From the IMG/VR virus record IMGVR_UViG_3300045988_068454, positions 1-20,340 of that record: 20,340 nt of DNA; one strand, given 5' to 3'. The notes beneath the pieces were generated by a model, which was not told the origin of the DNA, ran no database searches, and saw only the letters and a list, made by a program, of their open reading frames with translations. Each line of letters begins with the position of its first letter. The first letter of the stretch is position 1. This DNA comes from a virus. Shown in pieces: positions 15,503 to 20,310 of the stretch. Position numbers and translations under genes: made by a program.

Positions 15503-16306
15503 TCATTCCTCAAATTCTTCTGCAAAATCTCCTGCCTGCTCCATGGCATCAACAGCGTCACCTATTGTCATGGGGTCGTTAGAACCAGTCAAGATTTCAA
15601 CAATGCCAGATGCTGCGCCATAAGCAATGTCTTTATCATTAGTTCCTTTAGAATGACCACCTGAGATAACTGCCGCTAACTGGTCAAACAATTCCGGGTG
15701 TGCATTTACTCTTCTAGCAAACTCATTAAGCCCAACAGTATTTACGCTACGCTGCACAGCATTATGAACCATTGCAATAATAGGAGAGCTATCACGCAAA
15801 GCCCACTGCCTATCATGCTCTGTAATAAATTTTGGACCCCACTCATTATCATCAATTACAGACGTATCACCTACCAATGCATGATTAACAGCTGTAAGAA
15901 ATGCTTCGGCTTGCGCTGTGTCAACAAACGCTTTTTGCACAGTATATTCAAAGTTTTCTCTAATTACTTCTGCTTGCTTTGCTGGTTTTGCAATCTTGCT
16001 GGTTGCATAACGATTGTAACGAGCAATAGCTGCTTCACCAGAAACGACCTCACCGGTTTCAGCATCAGATGCTAAAATGTACTCTTTTAACTTTTCTGGG
16101 TTATTAGCTAATCTGTTCATCTGCTGAACGTCTCGCTGCCTGAACTGCTCAAGGTTTAACAGGCGTAGCACCTGTGGCGTCACCTCTGCTTCATACCCTT
16201 TAGCTCTAGCTGACTGCAATTGGCGATTCACGGCTTGCATTAAACTCTCCTTTGCTGCACGTAACGCACGTGCATGCATTTGAGCTTTCTTCTGCCTTGC
16301 GTTCAT
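15503..16306 (-). CDS. Terminal protein candidate (phi29 gp3 analogue)
   Basis: Start moved to ATG 16306 (AGAGGTGA 7 nt upstream). The gene lies immediately upstream of the polymerase and is coupled to it. It is 267 aa, against 266 aa for phi29 TP. The N-terminus is basic and helical and the C-terminal tail is acidic (DFAEEFEE). No sequence-level homology could be checked. Confidence 0.6.
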   Translation of the reverse strand: MNARQKKAQMHARALRAAKESLMQAVNRQLQSARAKGYEAEVTPQVLRLLNLEQFRQRDVQQMNRLANNPEKLKEYILASDAETGEVVSGEAAIARYNRYATSKIAKPAKQAEVIRENFEYTVQKAFVDTAQAEAFLTAVNHALVGDTSVIDDNEWGPKFITEHDRQWALRDSSPIIAMVHNAVQRSVNTVGLNEFARRVNAHPELFDQLAAVISGGHSKGTNDKDIAYGAASGIVEILTGSNDPMTIGDAVDAMEQAGDFAEEFEE

Positions 16307-16328
16307 AATTTGTTCACCTCTTCCTATC

Positions 16329-16363
16329 AAAAACCCCCCTCACCGTGTTTCAGATAAGGGGGA
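16329..16363 (-). terminator. Intra-operon rho-independent terminator / attenuator upstream of the terminal protein and polymerase genes
   Basis: Minus-strand RNA reads UCCCCCUUAUC-UGAAACAC-GGUGAGGGGGG followed by UUUUU. This is an 11-bp stem using G-U pairs that exist only on the minus strand. Confidence 0.75.
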
Positions 16364-16405
16364 TTTTAAATCACTGTGTTATGCTGCCGAAACAGCTAAG
16401 TCGTT

Positions 16406-16753
16406 TTACTCAACGACCTTGCAGGAGATGTACTCGCGGCCATTCTTAGAAGTGCCGGTGACAACCTGAATCTTGGTGAACTCCTCACCGAACTGCTTGT
16501 ACATCTCGACGGCGTTGCCGAAGTCCTTGCAGAACGTGGTGCTGTTGGTGCAATACGACTTGCCATCATCGGTGGTCATAGCCATAAGGGTAACTTCATC
16601 ACCCTTGCTATTGACGTCAGTGTAGAGAACCCAGCTTGCCAGAGTCAGGGTCGCGCCCTTCACGGTGGTAAGCTTTTCGCGGTCAGGTGCCTGAGTCAGA
16701 ACATACAGGTCATGTGCGGAAGCAACGGAAGCGGACTTTGCAATGATATTCAT
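16406..16753 (-). CDS. Abundant early protein, 115 aa; candidate single-stranded DNA-binding protein
   Basis: TAAGGAG RBS. The size and position (upstream of TP and polymerase, followed by a terminator) parallel phi29 gp5. The sequence looks beta-rich and OB-like, with the C-terminal motif GTSKNGREY. The functional call is an inference. Confidence 0.4.
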   Translation of the reverse strand: MNIIAKSASVASAHDLYVLTQAPDREKLTTVKGATLTLASWVLYTDVNSKGDEVTLMAMTTDDGKSYCTNSTTFCKDFGNAVEMYKQFGEEFTKIQVVTGTSKNGREYISCKVVE

Positions 16754-16781
16754 AGTGTTATCTCCTTATCTGTTCTTGTGA

Positions 16782-17114
16782 TTACTGTTCTTCTGCGGTC
16801 TTTTTGGTGCGCTTGCCAAAGCTGGCTGCTTCCTCTTCGGTGATTTCTTCCTCAGAGATAACGTCCGCATTGGCGAACCAGTTCTGCATGGTCATGCCAC
16901 GGGTCTGCACCTTGCAGGTCATGTCGGTGACGGCAATGGGATTCATCTCAGGGTTCTCCCAGCTCTTAGTGATTGCCTTGAGTGCTTCTGGTTTGCTGGG
17001 AAATGCACCATCAATCGAAACAGTCATATCCACGACTTCAAAAGTAGTGGTATTGACTGCCTTGACAGTACAGGTGGTGACGGCGCTCTTACGGGTGATG
17101 TAATACTTACGCAT
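16782..17114 (-). CDS. Early protein, 110 aa, with an acidic C-terminal tail (possible DNA-binding/replication accessory protein)
   Basis: AAAGGAA RBS. It is the first gene downstream of the internal promoter at 17180-17208. The tail is SEEEITEEEAASFGKRTKKTAEEQ. The function is not supported beyond synteny. Confidence 0.35.
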   Translation of the reverse strand: MRKYYITRKSAVTTCTVKAVNTTTFEVVDMTVSIDGAFPSKPEALKAITKSWENPEMNPIAVTDMTCKVQTRGMTMQNWFANADVISEEEITEEEAASFGKRTKKTAEEQ

Positions 17115-17179
17115 AATAGATTTTTCCTTTCTGTTTTGTTATTGAAAGTGTGTTGTGAACTGGGCTTTTGCCCACCTCT

Positions 17180-17208
17180 ATTGTACCATAGAAATGGTAT
17201 AGGGTACA
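17180..17208 (-). promoter_or_regulatory. Internal early promoter (TG-extended TACAAT, weak -35 TGTACC)
   Basis: The minus strand reads TGTACC, a 17-nt spacer, then TACAAT with TGG immediately upstream (CTATGGTACAATAGAGG). The palindrome TACCAT-AGAA-ATGGTA overlaps the spacer. Confidence 0.55.
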
Positions 17209-17332
17209 TGCAGAATTGTTACAGTTGGGATAGACGATTGTCTCATTCGTGAAAAATTTAACAATCGGTATGCCCTCTGCAATTCTGTTCTAGGGTGGAA
17301 CTTTTAACAGATTCAGCATAGTTTTCAACTCC

Positions 17333-17399
17333 TTCTCGTGAGTAGTTCTCACGTTACGGCCCTGAACAGTGATGTTCAGAACCGTTGCCTGAGAATTAC
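17333..17399 (-). ncRNA. Unassigned structured RNA motif, copy 1 (R2 family)
   Basis: Sequence: GUAAUUCUCAGGCA-[ACGGUUCUGAAC-AUCACU-GUUCAGGGCCGU]-AA-[CGUGAG-AACUA-CUCACG]-AGAAGGAG. It begins at the stop codon of the upstream gene and ends at an RBS. Family-level covariation is described in the findings. Confidence 0.6.
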
Positions 17400-17686
17400 A
17401 GGTCAAATAACACCTCTAATTTGTGGTAGGTAAAGACGTCAAGCGGGTAATTGCTGCCATCCTTGACCACCCACACCGGAAGTCCTTCCTCAAGGGCGTA
17501 TTCCATTGCACGGATACATGATGGAAAAGTGTTTTCAGTGTCCGGATAAAATGAAATTTCCGGTTCATCGAACAGACGTTTGTCCATGCACCAGCGTGCG
17601 GACTGCACAACGGATACAGGGTATTGCTGACAAAGATAGTCAAACATCTTTGTTGCCAGTTCTCCGGCGTTCAAACGTGCGGACAT
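17396..17686 (-). CDS. Hypothetical early protein, 96 aa
   Basis: The ORF has a GGCGGTG-type RBS region and overlaps the upstream gene by 16 nt. No motif recognised. Confidence 0.6.
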   Translation of the reverse strand: MSARLNAGELATKMFDYLCQQYPVSVVQSARWCMDKRLFDEPEISFYPDTENTFPSCIRAMEYALEEGLPVWVVKDGSNYPLDVFTYHKLEVLFDL

Positions 17687-17871
17687 TGCTTCACACCGCC
17701 TTTCTTTTTATCTTCACGGCAGTCCATGTAGCCGGTGAGATAATCAAGGGCAGAATCCAAGTCTTTACGCGGTTCTGTGCCCTGAACAATGTCATTAGAA
17801 ACAATAGACAACGCATTGTACAAAGCAACGCATTCGGCATCTGAATAGTTTTTCAGAAACAAACGAATCAT
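17671..17871 (-). CDS. Hypothetical early protein, 66 aa
   Basis: GTGAGGTGA RBS and an ATGA overlap with the upstream stop. Confidence 0.65.
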   Translation of the reverse strand: MIRLFLKNYSDAECVALYNALSIVSNDIVQGTEPRKDLDSALDYLTGYMDCREDKKKGGVKQCPHV

Positions 17872-18038
17872 TCAATCACCTCACAATCAACATCAGGGTC
17901 ACAGATACCCAAAACGATATCTGCTACCAACCGTGTACCAGCAATAATGCCAAACATAGTCGCGGTATTGATTGCTGTACCTGCAATCCATGGTGAAAAA
18001 GCAACCCACCATAAGAAAGCTGTGACACTTGCAAACAT
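17868..18038 (-). CDS. Small membrane protein, 56 aa
   Basis: Start moved to ATG 18038 (AAAGGAG 7 nt upstream, directly after R2 copy 2). The sequence has two hydrophobic helices (MFASVTAFLWWVAFSPWIAGTAINTATMFGIIAGTRLVADIVLGI). Confidence 0.6.
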   Translation of the reverse strand: MFASVTAFLWWVAFSPWIAGTAINTATMFGIIAGTRLVADIVLGICDPDVDCEVIE

Positions 18039-18051
18039 ATAAACACTCCTT

Positions 18052-18116
18052 TTCTCGCGGGTAGTTCCCACGTTACGGCCCTGAACCGGGTTCAGAGTCG
18101 TTGCCTGAGAATTACT
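18052..18116 (-). ncRNA. Unassigned structured RNA motif, copy 2 (R2 family)
   Basis: Sequence: GUAAUUCUCAGGCA-[ACGACUCUGAAC-CCG-GUUCAGGGCCGU]-AA-[CGUGGG-AACUA-CCCGCG]-AGAAAAGGAG. The A-to-G change in the 3' hairpin relative to copy 1 is compensated by a U-to-C change. Confidence 0.6.
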
Positions 18117-18207
18117 ACAAAACTGTTAATGTGTAACCAATGCAATCAGGGCGGTGGTCAAGCATTTTATCGGCTGCTGCAATGGCTATTCTATGAGTCG
18201 TATATTG

Positions 18208-18282
18208 TCACTCAACAACAGCAACACTATCTTCAACACTGCCAATATGCACTTTGAAAAATTCAATACGATACCAACGCAT
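18208..18282 (-). CDS. 24-aa mini-ORF (MRWYRIEFFKVHIGSVEDSVAVVE)
   Basis: Too short for the ORF track. AAAGGAG lies 7 nt upstream of ATG 18282, and this RBS overlaps the stop codon of the upstream gene. Confidence 0.35.
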   Translation of the reverse strand: MRWYRIEFFKVHIGSVEDSVAVVE

Positions 18283-18295
18283 TGTAACGCTCCTT

Positions 18296-18598
18296 TCATT
18301 CGTTCTTCAAGAACTCCCAAACCGTTTTACAACCAGCTGCCCTACGGTAACAAGCATAAGCTAATTCATACCTATTAAACCGCAAGTAAACTTCATCACC
18401 ATTATAAAATCCGGGTTCATACAGGTGAACTGTATAAACTTCACCCTCTGGATATTGCTCATTTACAAGCACACCACCAGTAGGAAGAAATTTTAAAACA
18501 GGCTCACCAGTGAGTTCACCCAAAAGACTGGTATGATTGAACTCTAAGTAATGGTTAATGCCGTCAATCGTTAAGGGCTTAATCTTTATAACCTTCAT
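18296..18598 (-). CDS. Hypothetical early protein, 100 aa
   Basis: Start moved to ATG 18598 (AAAGAGG 7 nt upstream). The MMGNQHSNAK... extension in the ORF track is read-through of hammerhead copy A and its leader. Confidence 0.7.
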   Translation of the reverse strand: MKVIKIKPLTIDGINHYLEFNHTSLLGELTGEPVLKFLPTGGVLVNEQYPEGEVYTVHLYEPGFYNGDEVYLRFNRYELAYACYRRAAGCKTVWEFLKNE

Positions 18599-18639
18599 GA
18601 TTATACCTCTTTTCTGTGTTCTGTCTTTGGCGTTACTGT

Positions 18640-18712
18640 GTTGGTTTCCCATCATCAGCGCACAAGTAACCAGCTTGTGCGGACAGGCATTGCTGCCTGT
18701 TTCGGGTTAACG
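18640..18712 (-). ncRNA. Type II hammerhead self-cleaving ribozyme, copy A
   Basis: GAAA is the complement of 18700-18703. Stem III is ACAGGCA-GCAA-UGCCUGU. The cleavage triplet is GUC, with C17 opposite 18682. Stem I is CGCACAAG-CUGGUUA-CUUGUGCG. CUGAUGA is the complement of 18652-18658. Stem II is CCC/GGG. Loop I UGGUU is complementary to the 3' tail AACCA. Confidence 0.85.
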
Positions 18713-18713
18713 A

Positions 18714-18968
18714 TTATAACCTCTTTTCTACCATATTCCAGCACCAATGCTGCACGGTGGTCAAGCCGTATGTATAATCAGCGGCAACTTTGTGCATTTC
18801 ATACTGAAAACTTTGAGAAGCGGTATTGGTAAACGTTGCCACAAGAGCATTGTTCATCTCGAGCTTATAGAAACTATAATCACTCCGCTGAACAAGCTGC
18901 AGTGAATCACCGTATACACTGTTAACATAGCGCCCATTCAGGCACTGGTCAATCTTAACCAATAGCAT
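18714..18968 (-). CDS. Hypothetical early protein, 84 aa
   Basis: ATG 18968 is preceded by the conserved leader and an AGAGG RBS. The stop lies 1 nt before hammerhead copy A. Confidence 0.7.
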   Translation of the reverse strand: MLLVKIDQCLNGRYVNSVYGDSLQLVQRSDYSFYKLEMNNALVATFTNTASQSFQYEMHKVAADYTYGLTTVQHWCWNMVEKRL

Positions 18969-19008
18969 ATTATACCTCTTTTCTGTGTTCTGTCTTTGGC
19001 GTTACTGT

Positions 19009-19081
19009 GTTGGTTTCCCATCATCAGCGCACAAGTAACCAGCTTGTACGGACAGGCATTGCTGCCTGTTTCGGGTTAACG
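19009..19081 (-). ncRNA. Type II hammerhead self-cleaving ribozyme, copy B
   Basis: Identical to copy A except for one stem I change (CGUACAAG), which turns a C-G pair into a U-G wobble. CUGAUGA is the complement of 19021-19027, GAAA of 19069-19072, and C17 lies opposite 19051. Its 5' edge overlaps the stop codon of the upstream gene. Confidence 0.85.
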
Positions 19082-19438
19082 AATTGCTTTGCCAACATTG
19101 ACATAATGCTCAAACATTTCGACCGCATTCAACATCAAGCCGTCAATCCAAATGTGCCCACCTACATCAGTATCACGGCACTGGAAATACAGGTTAGAGC
19201 CGATCAACTCTTGAGTGAAACGATTTACATGCCGGGCCGTTGTTTTGCTGCACCCAACATAATGTTCAATCAAAATATCAATTGCATCAGTTTCATCAGG
19301 CCCGACAGATACATTAAGAATGCAAGTGCTGTACGACCAAAGACGAATGTTGCGCAAGATACTAAAATCATCAACAATAAACTCAACGTGGCAGTTTGCA
19401 GCGGGCATAGAAATCATGTGATAGTTGTAGCTTTTCAT
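19076..19438 (-). CDS. Hypothetical early protein, 120 aa
   Basis: Start moved to ATG 19438 (GAGAGG 8 nt upstream). The MMGNHTDVPK... extension in the ORF track is hammerhead copy C plus its leader. Confidence 0.7.
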   Translation of the reverse strand: MKSYNYHMISMPAANCHVEFIVDDFSILRNIRLWSYSTCILNVSVGPDETDAIDILIEHYVGCSKTTARHVNRFTQELIGSNLYFQCRDTDVGGHIWIDGLMLNAVEMFEHYVNVGKAIR

Positions 19439-19477
19439 AATATTTACCTCTCTTGTTCTGTGTTTTGGCACGTCTGT

Positions 19478-19550
19478 GTGGTTTCCCATCATCAGCGCAC
19501 AAGTAACCAGCTTGTGCGGACAGGCATTGCTGCCTGTTTCGGGATTAAAT
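19478..19550 (-). ncRNA. Type II hammerhead self-cleaving ribozyme, copy C
   Basis: The core and stems I and III are the same as in copy A. CUGAUGA is the complement of 19489-19495, GAAA of 19537-19540, and C17 lies opposite 19519. The 5' flank differs (AAUCCC), which allows a fourth stem II pair (U-A). The downstream leader has diverged. Confidence 0.85.
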
Positions 19551-19778
19551 GAGGTGCAGTGTGTAGTTCATATTTACACAGCCGGAATGCTTGCAGGACG
19601 CGTGCAAATTGCGAACGTCACCGACCGAAACCACATTATAACCGGAATACAAAAGCCAGCGCGGTGTGTCAAACTTGTCGTCAATAACCAATTTGTCGCC
19701 CCAAAGTTGGCAGATGTAGGATTCTGTCTTACCAATAATGGAATCATGGATAGCGGTAACAACAATGTTGTAAGTCAT
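19545..19778 (-). CDS. Hypothetical early protein, 77 aa (first gene of the early operon)
   Basis: Start moved to ATG 19778 (AAAGAGGAA 7 nt upstream). The stop codon abuts hammerhead copy C. Confidence 0.65.
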   Translation of the reverse strand: MTYNIVVTAIHDSIIGKTESYICQLWGDKLVIDDKFDTPRWLLYSGYNVVSVGDVRNLHASCKHSGCVNMNYTLHLI

Positions 19779-19808
19779 AATAGTTCCTCTTTTCTTTGTT
19801 ATGTACAT

Positions 19809-19893
19809 TCGTGGTATTCCCACGTTGCAATGCACGACATTCAGCACCAATTTACCGGCTGCCTATTGTCATGCACTGCTGCCTAAGAATACG
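19809..19893 (-). ncRNA. Unassigned structured RNA motif, copy 3 (R2 family, divergent helix)
   Basis: Sequence: GUAUUCUUAGGCA-[GCAGUGCAUGAC-29 nt loop-GUCGUGCAUUGC]-AA-[CGUGG-GAAUA-CCACG]. The junction nucleotides match copies 1 and 2, but the 12-bp helix has an entirely different sequence. Confidence 0.55.
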
Positions 19894-20039
19894 CAACAGA
19901 ATAGAAGTGTTTTCAATATTCAGTTGTCAAGGTACGTTGATTGCTTGTTGGATTGAAAGCCGGTGAACGTCTCGACCATGCTACCACGTGCCATGCCCAT
20001 CGACCTTGCTACCGGGCTTTTGGCTTTAGCTCCCCATTT

Positions 20040-20068
20040 ATTGTACCACACTCTGTGTGGTTTGTCAA
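20040..20068 (-). promoter_or_regulatory. Strong early promoter (TTGACA, 17-nt spacer, TACAAT, TG-extended)
   Basis: The minus strand reads CTCTTGACA-AACCACACAGAGTGTGG-TACAAT-AAATGG. The spacer contains the perfect inverted repeat CCACAC-AGA-GTGTGG. Confidence 0.75.
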
Positions 20069-20152
20069 GAGGTTTTTTCTTGAGCTTTGCGGTGTGGACT
20101 TACCAGCTGCCTTACCACGTTCACTCTTGAACGTCCCTATTTTGACACCCTT

Positions 20153-20163
20153 ATTATACCATA
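20153..20163 (-). promoter_or_regulatory. Upstream early promoter candidate (TG-extended TATAAT)
   Basis: The minus strand reads GACATATGGTATAATAAGGG. It has a perfect extended -10 element but no properly spaced -35. It lies about 110 bp upstream of the consensus early promoter. Confidence 0.5.
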
Positions 20164-20310
20164 TGTCAAGCCCCATTGCAACCCCCTACAGCAAATATAC
20201 TTGCATGTGTGCATCGATCTGTACTAGCATGCGTGGCACGTTGTATACTACAGGCGCCCCTGTGACAGTGCAAGCTTGGATACAACGCTACCACTGTACG
20301 TTGTGGGGGG

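Noticed and set aside
18116-18207. TTGACC followed by TGGTTACAC, as a possible internal promoter upstream of R2 copy 2.
   Set aside because: The best -10 candidate matches only 2-3 of 6 consensus positions, and the spacing is 18-19 nt.
18599-19550. Three direct repeats with unique sequence between them, which could suggest a CRISPR array.
   Set aside because: The repeats are over 100 nt long, and the intervening sequences are 255-363-nt protein-coding genes with RBS sites. The repeat itself folds as a hammerhead, and no cas genes are present.
18638-19886. Plus-strand ORFs 18638-18832, 19007-19552 and 19476-19886, which share the peptide (M)LVSHHQRTSNQLVRTGIAACFG. This looks like a small repeated protein family.
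   Set aside because: The shared peptide is the antisense translation of the hammerhead repeat. There is no RBS, the ORFs run antisense through well-supported minus-strand genes, and the similarity stops exactly where the RNA repeat stops.
20164-20169. TTGACA on the minus strand next to the TATAAT at 20153-20158, as a -35/-10 pair.
   Set aside because: The spacer is only 5 nt, so it cannot serve as the -35 for that -10. No acceptable -10 lies 17 nt downstream of it.
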